Shown in pieces: positions 43,007 to 52,272 of a DNA stretch of 57,769 bases. The position numbers were made by a program, and so were the translations under genes. A model generated the notes under the pieces. The model saw only the letters and a program-made list of their open reading frames with translations. It ran no database searches and was not told the DNA's origin. The stretch comes from an uncultured Pirellulales bacterium (GTDB lineage: Bacteria > Planctomycetota > Phycisphaerae > Sedimentisphaerales > Anaerobacaceae). The stretch covers positions 1-57,769 of the forward strand of contig CAZRMQ010000002.1 of NCBI GenBank assembly GCA_964601185.1. The letters run 5' to 3'. Numbering within the stretch: the first letter of the stretch is position 1; each line of letters opens with the position of its first letter.

Positions 43007-46000
43007 ATGTGTAGAAAGTTGATGTATTCGGTTTATGTTGTTCTGATATTGATTTTGGCTGCGAGCGCTCCGGCTGGTGCGATTGTGTCAATCGAGGTTG
43101 AGAACTTCAGCTTTGAATTACCTGGCACCGTTAAACAGCACTGCTGGGATGCGGAGAGGCCGGAAGGAGGAGTCTTTGCAGATGTCCCCGGCTGGACCGA
43201 TGGTTCTCTTACATCCAATGATTCCGGCGTGGAAACAGGGTATACTACTGCCGCTGAAGGGAGCTTTACAGGCTTTCTGAAGGGAGACGACCCCAATGTT
43301 TACAATTTGACTAATTTTCTAATCGGCAGCGGTGATGAGTATGAATTACTAGTTAGTGCCAGGAATAATTGGTCGGCCACGGATTTTAAAATTTCCCTCT
43401 ATTATGATGATAATGGTCAGAGAGTTACATTGGCTCATTATTCTGCACCGGTTACAGATGGTTTGCTGACAGACCCAAGTACGTTGTTTATCTTGACCTT
43501 TTCAGCCGATACCGTACCAGCCTGTTATGACCACCAAATCGGTATTGAATTTGACAATACAACCACTGCTGCTGCTTCATGGGTCGGTTTTGACTATGTC
43601 CAGCTTACACTTCTGAGTTCTCTTTATAGAGCTCAGAATCCCTATCCGGCGCATAAAGGCTCTTATGATGGAACAAGTGTTTCTCTTGCGTGGATTGCCG
43701 GACCCGATGTGCCCAGTGTGGACAATTACCATGTGTACCTTAGCGACAACTGGGCAGACGCAAACAGCGGCATCCCTGCTGCAGATAAGGGTTTAACCAA
43801 CATTGCGAGCTATGACGTTAGTGAACTTATTTTAGGCAAAACCTACTACTGGCGGATCGATACGGTCAATGGAGCGAATACCTATCGAGGCAATATCTGG
43901 AGCTTTAATACGAGGCCCTCGATTGCTTATAATCCTGTTCCGGATATGGGCAGTAAATACGTGCCTGTGGATGCGACGCTTACATGGGAGGCAGGTCATG
44001 GTGCTATCAAGGGCCACGTGGTGTTCTTCGGTGACAATTTCAACGAGGTGAACGATGCTCCTATAGGTACTTCAGGTTCGCCCCCATTCAGAGCATACCT
44101 GACGAATCCGACCACCACAAATTGGGCTCCTGAAGAAGCCGACCTTACACTCGAAACAGACAAAACCTACTACTGGCGGATTGATGAAGTTGAGTCCATT
44201 TCGCCGCAAGTGATATATAAGGGCACTGTATGGAGCTTTACAACTGTTCCAATAGTAGGGCTCGGTTCAATCACGCGTGAGGTGTGGGAGAATATCACGG
44301 GCAGCACTATTGCTGACCTGACAGGCAATCCGGATTATCCGGATAATCCGAGCTTCACTGATTATCTGCCCCTTTTTGATACTCCGAGGGATTGGGCGGA
44401 CAATTATGGTACCCGTGTGCATGGCTGGCTCTATGTGGAGACTACTGGTGACTATACTTTCTGGCTCGGCAGTGATGACGCCGGCGAATTGTGGCTGGAT
44501 AACGATATGATTGCTGAGAATACGGGGGCAATCGGTTTTCACCAGTGGGACTCCGCTGATCAGTCTGACCCGATTCATCTGGAAGCCGGCAATCTGTACT
44601 ACATTATGGCTCTGCAGAAGGAAGGCAGCGATCGCGACACTCTGGCGGTTGCATGGAGCACTTCTGACGATTATACTACTGCAGCGATCATTCCTGGTAC
44701 AAATCTATTACCATTTGAGATGTATTCGAGAGTATGGGCTTATGGGCCGTATCCGGCTAACAGGGCGATAGAAGTGCGGATAGATCCTAATATTAGCTGG
44801 AATCCGGGTGTCTATGCTGATAAATACGACGTATATTTTGGCACTACTTTTAATGATGTAAATAATGCCAATACATCGACAGCCGGGATTTATAAAGGCC
44901 GCCAGTCTGACACAACTTATACACCCGGAATCCTGGACTTCAATGCGACCTACTACTGGCGGATTGATGAGGTCAACGATGCTCATCCTGATAAACTGTG
45001 GAAAGGTGACGTCTGGAGCTTTACGACGGGTAACTTTCTTGTTGTGGATGACTTTGAAGACTATGACGACATCAATAACATGATATACTATACATGGGAA
45101 GATTACTTCGTGAATAATACCGGCATGACTGTGGGGCACCTTGAGGCTCCGTTTGCTGAGAGAACTATAGTTCACAGCGGACGCCAGGCTATGTATATGC
45201 GGTATGATAACGACGGTACGGTGAACGAAGGTACCGACTATGAACAGAGTGGTACACTCACTTTTTCTGAGGCTGAACGAACATGGACAGATGCCCAGGA
45301 TTGGACTAGAGAGGGTGTTGAGTCATTAACGCTGTGGTTTAGAGGCATACCGGGATCGGTCGGCAGTTTCACGCTGGGACCACCGATTATAATGACCGGA
45401 GGCGGTGCAGATATCTGGGGTACGTCTGACCAGTTCCATTTTGCTTACAAGCAGCTCTCCGGCGTAGGGAGCATAACCGCGAGGGTGGTCAGCCTCACTA
45501 ACACCCACAGCGCAGCCAAGGCGGGAGTGATGATTCGCGAGTCGCTGGCTGCAGACTCTGTGCACGCCACGGTGAACGTCACGCCCAGTTCCGGAGTTGA
45601 ATTCCTGCGCCGTACTATTACGGCTGGTACTAGTGATAGTGATGTACAAGCCGATATCACCGCGCCACAATGGGTGAAATTGACTCGTAACGGCAACAAC
45701 TTTACAGCGGAGTATTCATCTGATGGAGCTGACTGGCAGATGTTGGGTGTACCGTTGTCGATACCTATGCCGCTGGATGTCTATATCGGTTTAATCGTGT
45801 GCAGCCACGACATTAATGCAACCGCCACAGCCGAATTTTCCGATGTCTCTATGTCCGGCACGGTCACAGGTGATTGGCAGTCGCAGGATATTGGCATTGA
45901 AAGTAATTTCTCTGAGCAACTTTATGTAGTATTGCAGGATAGTGCCGGCAGTAGTGTAGTGATCAAACATCCTGACCCTGCTGCAACAACCATAGGCACA

Positions 46001-46156
46001 TGGATGGAGTGGAATATTCCGCTAACAGATTTTGCTGGCGTGAATCTGCAGGCTGTCAAGAAGATGTCCATTGGTGTCGGCGACAGGGCTAATACCCAAC
46101 CAGGTAGTGCAGGTGATTTGTACATTGATGATATAAGGTTGAATCGGCCTTATTAA
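43007..46156 (+). CDS. Giant secreted multidomain protein, paralog A: N-terminal jelly-roll, YYWRID Fn3-like modules, PA14, CBM-like domain with a nested ConA/DUF1349-like insert
   Basis: Signal peptide MCRKLMYSVYVVLILILAASAPAGA. Three GxTYYWRIDxV...G.VWSFTT modules. PA14-like block YGTRVHGWLYVETTGDYTFWLGSDDAGELWLDN. DUF1349-like block GADIWGTSDQFHFAYKQLSG..AKAGVMIRES..WVKLTRNGNNFTAEYS. Ends LYIDDIRL. Confidence 0.75.
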   Translation: MCRKLMYSVYVVLILILAASAPAGAIVSIEVENFSFELPGTVKQHCWDAERPEGGVFADVPGWTDGSLTSNDSGVETGYTTAAEGSFTGFLKGDDPNVYNLTNFLIGSGDEYELLVSARNNWSATDFKISLYYDDNGQRVTLAHYSAPVTDGLLTDPSTLFILTFSADTVPACYDHQIGIEFDNTTTAAASWVGFDYVQLTLLSSLYRAQNPYPAHKGSYDGTSVSLAWIAGPDVPSVDNYHVYLSDNWADANSGIPAADKGLTNIASYDVSELILGKTYYWRIDTVNGANTYRGNIWSFNTRPSIAYNPVPDMGSKYVPVDATLTWEAGHGAIKGHVVFFGDNFNEVNDAPIGTSGSPPFRAYLTNPTTTNWAPEEADLTLETDKTYYWRIDEVESISPQVIYKGTVWSFTTVPIVGLGSITREVWENITGSTIADLTGNPDYPDNPSFTDYLPLFDTPRDWADNYGTRVHGWLYVETTGDYTFWLGSDDAGELWLDNDMIAENTGAIGFHQWDSADQSDPIHLEAGNLYYIMALQKEGSDRDTLAVAWSTSDDYTTAAIIPGTNLLPFEMYSRVWAYGPYPANRAIEVRIDPNISWNPGVYADKYDVYFGTTFNDVNNANTSTAGIYKGRQSDTTYTPGILDFNATYYWRIDEVNDAHPDKLWKGDVWSFTTGNFLVVDDFEDYDDINNMIYYTWEDYFVNNTGMTVGHLEAPFAERTIVHSGRQAMYMRYDNDGTVNEGTDYEQSGTLTFSEAERTWTDAQDWTREGVESLTLWFRGIPGSVGSFTLGPPIIMTGGGADIWGTSDQFHFAYKQLSGVGSITARVVSLTNTHSAAKAGVMIRESLAADSVHATVNVTPSSGVEFLRRTITAGTSDSDVQADITAPQWVKLTRNGNNFTAEYSSDGADWQMLGVPLSIPMPLDVYIGLIVCSHDINATATAEFSDVSMSGTVTGDWQSQDIGIESNFSEQLYVVLQDSAGSSVVIKHPDPAATTIGTWMEWNIPLTDFAGVNLQAVKKMSIGVGDRANTQPGSAGDLYIDDIRLNRPY

Positions 46157-46342
46157 GGAAGGAGGTAGAAGGCCAGGCCAAAAAAATTCACTTTTTGCAC
46201 CAAGCCGGGTGAGTATGCAGATTTTTATAAGATATGTCTTCGGTCTTCTGTTTTCTGGTATCTGTCTTCTGATTTTGTGTTTTGGTGTATAAGCAAAACA
46301 TATTGATTTTTGTTTTAAGTTATTTTTAAGGGAGGATTAATC

Positions 46343-49300
46343 ATGTATAGAAAGTTGATGTATTCGGTTTATGTTGTTCTGGTATTGGTTTTGGCTGCGG
46401 GCGTTCCGGCTCGTGCAGCTGTAAATATCCCGGTTGTGAACTACAGCTTTGAAGAACCAAATGTAGTAAAAACTTCCGGATGGGACATGGAGGATGGCGC
46501 CCTATATTATGGCGGTGGCCCTGCTGAGGTTCCCGGCTGGGAGTGTGATGGCCCAGCCCCCGATTCCGGCGTGGAATCAATATATAGTAGCCCCCCAGCC
46601 ACCACCACTGATGGGCTGTGGGCGGGTTGGGCAAAAACAGCGGACCCACCGACTTACAATCTGACTAATTTTTTGATTGGTAGCGGTGATGTTTTTGAAT
46701 TGAATGTTGATGCGAAGAATAACTATGCAGCCGATAATTTCTTACTTTCCCTCTATTATGATGATAACGGTACGAGAACCACAGTGGCTACTAATAATGT
46801 AGCCATTACAGGCACGTACACGACGCTTACTTTGACTTTTGATGCCAGTACCATTCCGGCCTGTTATGATCACGAAATCGGCATTGAACTTGATAATCCG
46901 GGCCCCAACTGGGGCTGGGCCGGTTTCGACAATGTTCAGCTTACGCTTACGAGCCCTCTTTATAGGGCTTATACTCCCTACCCGGAGCACAAGGGCTTTT
47001 ACGAAGGCGCAAGTGTGGACCTTACATGGCTTAAGGGACCTGATTTGCCATCTGCGGACAATTACCACGTGTACATTAGCAACAATCGCAGCGAGGTGGA
47101 CAGCAACCATCCTAATGCAGACAAGGGCACTGTCACTGACCCGACCTATCTGTATTCCGATATTGTTCAAGGCGATACTTACTACTGGCGAATCGATACG
47201 ATTAGTGGAGTAACTACCTATCGAGGCAGTACCTGGAGATTTAATACTCAACCCGTGATTGCCTATAATCCCGACCCTGAGACGGACGGCCGTTACGTGC
47301 CTGTGGACCCGAATCTTAGCTGGGATGCAGGAACCGGTGCTGTTGAAGGGCATGTAGTTATCTTCGGTGACAGCCTCTCTGAAGTAGATAATGCCCCTGT
47401 AGGTACTTCTGGTACTGAGCCGCCATACAGAATATACCTGTCGGATGTGAACGATACCAATTGTACCCCTGCAGAAACCGGACATCCGGCCCTTGATGTT
47501 AGCACAGTTTACTACTGGCGTGTTGATACGGTCGAATCCGCATCGGTTCCGACTATCCATAAGGGCAATGTCTGGAACTTTCAGACCGTGCCGATAAGAG
47601 GACTCGGTTCAATTACGCATGAGGTATGGGATGGTATCCCTGGCGCCGCTGTTGCCGACCTGACGAGCGATGTAAATTATCCGGATAACCCGACCTTCAC
47701 CGACTATCTCACCAGTTTTGATACTCCGAGGGAACGGGCAGACAATTATGGTACGCGGGTGCACGGCTGGCTCTATGTAGAGACTACCGGGGATTATACG
47801 TTCTGGCTCAACAGCGATGATTCCAGCGAATTGTGGCTGGACAATGATATGATTGTTTCGGTAAGCGAGGCGCTCCCTTATCATATATGGCCCGATTCTC
47901 CCAGCTCTGCTCCGATTCATCTGGAAGCAGGCAATCTCTACTACATTATGGCGCTGCAAAAGGAAGATGTTGAAGGCGACCACCTGACGGTGGCCTGGAG
48001 CACTTCTACCGACGTTAGTACCGCACATATTATTCCCGGTGTCTATCTGTTACCACGTCATCTGTATGCGCCATTATGGGCCTATAACCCGAATCCGGCT
48101 AATGGTGCGACATATACGCAGATTGATCCTAATCTTAGCTGGAGGCCGGGAGAGTATGCTGCCGAACACGATGTATATTTCGGCACAAGTTTTAACGATG
48201 TGAATAATGCCAATACATCGACAGCCGTGATTTATAAAGGCCGCCAGTCCGACGCTACTTATATACCTGGAACTCTGGATTTCAACACAAACTATTACTG
48301 GCGGATTGATGAGGTCAACGATGCTCATCCTGATAAGCTGTGGAAAGGTGAAGTCTGGAGCTTTACAACAGGTAACTTTCTTGTTGTGGATGACTTTGAA
48401 GACTATGATGACGTAGATAGCAGAATATACAATACATGGCTGGACTACTATGTGAATAATACCGGCATGACTGTGGGGCATTTTGATCCTCCGTTTGCTG
48501 AGAGAACTATAGTTCACAGCGGCCGCCAGGCTATGTATATGCGGTATGATAACGACGGTACGGTGAATGAAGGTACCGGCTATGAACAGAGTGGTACACT
48601 CAATTTTTCTGAGGCTGAGCGAACGTGGACGGATGCCCAGGATTGGACCAGAGAGGGTGTTACCTCGTTAACGCTGTGGTTCAGAGGCGTACCAGCTTCC
48701 GTTGGCAGCTTCACAATCGGGCCGCCGATTACGATGACCGGAGCAGGTGCAGATATTTATGGAAGTGCTGACCAGTTCCACTTTGCTTATAAGCAGTTAT
48801 CCGGCGAAGGCAGCATAACAGCGAGAGTAGTCAGCATCAGTAACACTAACGTCTGGGCCAAAGCGGGAGTTATGATCCGCGAGTCACTGGAGCCAGGTTC
48901 TGTACATGCTATGATAGTTGTCACTCCGGGTAGTGGAGTTGCCTTCCAGCGCCGTACTACCACTAATGGTGGCAGCGAGACAGATACAATAGCCGGAATC
49001 ACAGCTCCACAATGGGTGAGATTGACCCGTAACGGCAACAACTTTACAGCCGAATATTCAGCTAATGGAACAACTGACTGGCAGATGATTGGTGTGCCGT
49101 TGTCGATACCTATGCTTGCTGATGTCTATATAGGCTTGTGCCTGACCAGCCATAATACGGCGGCAACATGTACAGCGGAGTTCTCAAACGTTAACATCAG
49201 CGGCACGGTTACAGGCGCCTGGCAGTCACAGGACATCGGCATAAATAGTAATATTGCCGAGCCGATGTATATGATGCTGACAGATAGTGCCGGCAGTAGT

Positions 49301-49498
49301 GCGACGGTCAACAATTCTGACCCCGCTGCGACGACCCTAAACGTCTTCACGCAGTGGAATATTCCGTTGACAGACTTTACCGGCGTGAATCTGCAGGCTA
49401 TCAAGAAGATGTCAATTGGTGTTGGTGACAGGGCAAGTACGCAACCTGGTGGTGCGGGTGATTTGTATATTGACGATATCAGGTTGAATCGGCCTTAA
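46343..49498 (+). CDS. Giant secreted multidomain protein, paralog B (same architecture as 43007..46156)
   Basis: Signal peptide MYRKLMYSVYVVLVLVLAAGVPARA. Colinear with paralog A throughout, with long identical stretches in the C-terminal half (e.g. YYWRIDEVNDAHPDKLWKG.VWSFTTGNFLVVDDFEDYDD). Confidence 0.75.
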   Translation: MYRKLMYSVYVVLVLVLAAGVPARAAVNIPVVNYSFEEPNVVKTSGWDMEDGALYYGGGPAEVPGWECDGPAPDSGVESIYSSPPATTTDGLWAGWAKTADPPTYNLTNFLIGSGDVFELNVDAKNNYAADNFLLSLYYDDNGTRTTVATNNVAITGTYTTLTLTFDASTIPACYDHEIGIELDNPGPNWGWAGFDNVQLTLTSPLYRAYTPYPEHKGFYEGASVDLTWLKGPDLPSADNYHVYISNNRSEVDSNHPNADKGTVTDPTYLYSDIVQGDTYYWRIDTISGVTTYRGSTWRFNTQPVIAYNPDPETDGRYVPVDPNLSWDAGTGAVEGHVVIFGDSLSEVDNAPVGTSGTEPPYRIYLSDVNDTNCTPAETGHPALDVSTVYYWRVDTVESASVPTIHKGNVWNFQTVPIRGLGSITHEVWDGIPGAAVADLTSDVNYPDNPTFTDYLTSFDTPRERADNYGTRVHGWLYVETTGDYTFWLNSDDSSELWLDNDMIVSVSEALPYHIWPDSPSSAPIHLEAGNLYYIMALQKEDVEGDHLTVAWSTSTDVSTAHIIPGVYLLPRHLYAPLWAYNPNPANGATYTQIDPNLSWRPGEYAAEHDVYFGTSFNDVNNANTSTAVIYKGRQSDATYIPGTLDFNTNYYWRIDEVNDAHPDKLWKGEVWSFTTGNFLVVDDFEDYDDVDSRIYNTWLDYYVNNTGMTVGHFDPPFAERTIVHSGRQAMYMRYDNDGTVNEGTGYEQSGTLNFSEAERTWTDAQDWTREGVTSLTLWFRGVPASVGSFTIGPPITMTGAGADIYGSADQFHFAYKQLSGEGSITARVVSISNTNVWAKAGVMIRESLEPGSVHAMIVVTPGSGVAFQRRTTTNGGSETDTIAGITAPQWVRLTRNGNNFTAEYSANGTTDWQMIGVPLSIPMLADVYIGLCLTSHNTAATCTAEFSNVNISGTVTGAWQSQDIGINSNIAEPMYMMLTDSAGSSATVNNSDPAATTLNVFTQWNIPLTDFTGVNLQAIKKMSIGVGDRASTQPGGAGDLYIDDIRLNRP

Positions 49499-49538
49499 GA
49501 AAAAGTGGTTAAAATTTATAGTGTCTAAAGTGAGCTAA

Positions 49539-49583
49539 AGTGCCTAAAGTGAGCTAAAATTATAATTCATAACTTTAGGCACT
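49539..49583. terminator. Bidirectional stem-loop between convergent genes
   Basis: AGTGCCTAAAGT (49539..49550) pairs perfectly with ACTTTAGGCACT (49572..49583) across a 21-nt AT-rich loop. It is embedded in CTAAAGTG-type tandem repeats. Confidence 0.5.
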
Positions 49584-49640
49584 TTAGTCACTCCAAATTT
49601 TAGTCACTTAGGTTAAGGCAGGAGAACCTTTCGTTGCCGA

Positions 49641-51887
49641 TTAAGGCCAGAGGTGTTCATTCAGCCAACTGCCGGCTAAGATGGCAAAATCTTTGAAGTT
49701 TATTAGGTTGTCGCCATTTAAGTCCGCAGATGATAATAGCGGCTGAACGAAAATACCTGTGCCATTGGTTGCAGTATAGGCGATCTCGGCTTCAGTGAGA
49801 GCGTAGTCATAGATGTAGAAGTCATCGATTAAGCCATCATAACCACCATACCATCCTGAGCCGATTTCAAATGAGGTGATTCCCGCGATAGGTGAGTTTG
49901 CCCCTATACGGCTGTCATGGAGAGAGCCGTTGAGGAATATTTGCATTATGCCCTTTTTGGTGTCCTTTATGAACGCCCAATGGTTCCAGCGGCCCGACCA
50001 TTCGCTTTTATATTTATGGTCTCCACTAAGTCGGCCATCGAAAGACCATGGGTAGCCGCAATCCCAGTTATATAGGCCTGCCCGTCTCGGGCGGGTCCAG
50101 CAGCCAAGATTAATAGCTATCGCAGGATTATCAACGCCATAGTTGTAGTTTGAGCAGCAAAGCGTATCATTGCGATGTGCTGAATCCGTACCATATTGCC
50201 AAAATGTTATAGTGATTCCTGTACTGATTTTTTGAAACAGCTCATCGGCATTAGCTATTTTCACGGAGTCTCCGTAGCCGTCGAAGCTGATTGCCTGGCC
50301 GTATATGCCGGGGATGTAGGTTGGGCTGCCGACCTGCTGGCCGTGGTAGCTGTTATTGATGCTGTTGTTAGTATCGCCGTCAAACCTATACCAAACCAGC
50401 GGTTCGTTGGGGGGTGCCACCGGATAAGTCTTAGGGCTTTTGTCAAGCCAGTTGTAGGCTATTTCTCGGAGGTCTTCAAAGTTGACAACACAATCGCCGT
50501 CGAGATCGGCATAGGGTCTATTCTCCTCTAAGCACCTGGATGGATATAACCTGATATCATCAAAATACACAATACCTCTGCTGATCTGAGATGGCTGGGA
50601 ACGGAAGCCGATAGAGATATTCTGGATGTGACTTAGGTTTAGGCCGGCTAAGTCTTGAAGATTAATTCTCCAAAGCTGCCAGCCTGGTTGCTTGATATCG
50701 TTCATATCATTATATGGAACGAATTCACTATCACTGCCATCGTTCAGTGACAGATACATCTGAGTATTGGTATCGTTACTTATGCTGCCGTGGAAGAACA
50801 GCTCAAGGACCTTACCGGCTGCTGAGGTCCAATCCTGAGGTGGGTCAAATTTTCTGGTGGCTTCGGAATAAGAATAATCACGATTGTAATAATCAAATGC
50901 CATCGATTGCATGCATCGGCGTGTCGGATATGTTGAAATAGTTACGTATGCTCCACCGGTTTCTTCCCAGATCAGATGTATTTGTTTGTCGCTATTATTG
51001 TAGCTCTCAAAATCATCTATAACGAGACAGTCAGCTACGGTAAAGCTCCATATATCGCCGGTTACAGGGCTGTTTGCGTCGATGCTATCGACCTCATCGA
51101 CTCGCCAGTAGTATGTCCGACCTAATTCCAGACCTCCGGGATCGAAGCTGTTGGCATCCTGTGGCTGTGGAGGATTACTGACAGGATTTGCATTTGCATC
51201 TACATCGATAGGAGCGGTACCGAAGTAAACTACGTGTTTATCTGCGGGATCTCCCTGTGACCAGCTTAGGACAGTATCAGTTGGTACGTTTTTGGCTCCA
51301 TCGACAGGGATGGGATTATAGGCCCCTAAGGGGTGGTCAATGTACGTTCGAGCGCGTATATTGGCTATGTCGAATCCGGGTGAGCCTCCCCCTATGTCTA
51401 ATGCTACGAGGCGTACCGTATATGGCATAAACGGCAGTAAAATACCTGAGATGTCAAAGCTGATATCAGTGGCGGTATCCAAACCGGTATTAAAAGCTGT
51501 TGCTAAGCCGAGCAGGTATTCCTGTTTAGAGCCATCTGTGATGAAGATGAGAGCTTGTTCACCTACTTGGCCCAGTTCTATAAGCAATATATCATCGCCA
51601 GGACCGTCAATGATTCTTCCGCGAAACTGTAACTCGACCCAATGGTCTATGGGCACAGTTACACCTGAAACGTCCGATGGCGGCTGGCCAACAAGCATGT
51701 CTTCTGGAATTACGGGTACCGGCCAATGTCCGTTAGCATTCACACCTTTCCAGCAGTCATCATGCGGATTATATGCTTCGAGTAAATAGCACGGATACCG
51801 AAATGTCTCCTGGCCGCTTAAAATACCGCCACTAAGGGCGAGAATTAATGTTGTAACGAACAAAGTTAATATACTGACTTTTTGCAT
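49641..51887 (-). CDS. Secreted protein with one YYWRVD Fn3-like module, a CBM-like domain, two dockerin/EF-hand-like segments and a LamG (ConA-like) domain
   Basis: Start moved to MQKVSILTLFVTTLILALSGG (ATG 51887). Contains GRTYYWRVDEVDS..GDIWSFTV and IDDFESY...VYFDDIRLY. Dockerin-like segments are DLDGDCVVNFEDLREIAYNWL and DLNGDNLINFKDFAILAGSWL. LamG-like block is WYRFDGDTNNS...AISFDG..DSVKI. Confidence 0.7.
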   Translation of the reverse strand: MQKVSILTLFVTTLILALSGGILSGQETFRYPCYLLEAYNPHDDCWKGVNANGHWPVPVIPEDMLVGQPPSDVSGVTVPIDHWVELQFRGRIIDGPGDDILLIELGQVGEQALIFITDGSKQEYLLGLATAFNTGLDTATDISFDISGILLPFMPYTVRLVALDIGGGSPGFDIANIRARTYIDHPLGAYNPIPVDGAKNVPTDTVLSWSQGDPADKHVVYFGTAPIDVDANANPVSNPPQPQDANSFDPGGLELGRTYYWRVDEVDSIDANSPVTGDIWSFTVADCLVIDDFESYNNSDKQIHLIWEETGGAYVTISTYPTRRCMQSMAFDYYNRDYSYSEATRKFDPPQDWTSAAGKVLELFFHGSISNDTNTQMYLSLNDGSDSEFVPYNDMNDIKQPGWQLWRINLQDLAGLNLSHIQNISIGFRSQPSQISRGIVYFDDIRLYPSRCLEENRPYADLDGDCVVNFEDLREIAYNWLDKSPKTYPVAPPNEPLVWYRFDGDTNNSINNSYHGQQVGSPTYIPGIYGQAISFDGYGDSVKIANADELFQKISTGITITFWQYGTDSAHRNDTLCCSNYNYGVDNPAIAINLGCWTRPRRAGLYNWDCGYPWSFDGRLSGDHKYKSEWSGRWNHWAFIKDTKKGIMQIFLNGSLHDSRIGANSPIAGITSFEIGSGWYGGYDGLIDDFYIYDYALTEAEIAYTATNGTGIFVQPLLSSADLNGDNLINFKDFAILAGSWLNEHLWP

Positions 51888-52272
51888 TTTTGTTTTGTAG
51901 CCCGTATAGAAGGTCAGCCTTAAAAATAGCGATACCTGTGGTGAGCCTGTCAAATCCATAGGAATAGCTCGAAAGATAAACAAATTATATCATTTTTGTA
52001 TTTGTAATTCAATATGGCAGAACCCCGCTCCTTCGACCCTGCTCAGGACGGGCTTGCGGGAACCCATCGTATTTGTTCGAGAGTAGTATGGTTTTACGCC
52101 CCTTAGGGGGAAAAAAGTCTTGATATATGGAAGGTTGATGATACACTTGCGGCCTGGAATTGCCGAATTACGATTGAAAATCGCAAATCGTAAATTGAAA
52201 ATCGAACTGTTATGGATAAGAAATTGCAAGTGATAAAACTTGGACAAAGACTATTTATAAGAGGTAAAAGAA

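Noticed and set aside
49521-49612. Possible CRISPR-like array (repeated CTAAAGTG units)
   Set aside because: The units are 9-10 nt, contiguous and without spacers. The second half is their inverted complement forming a hairpin. No cas genes are present. It is treated as a repeat/terminator.
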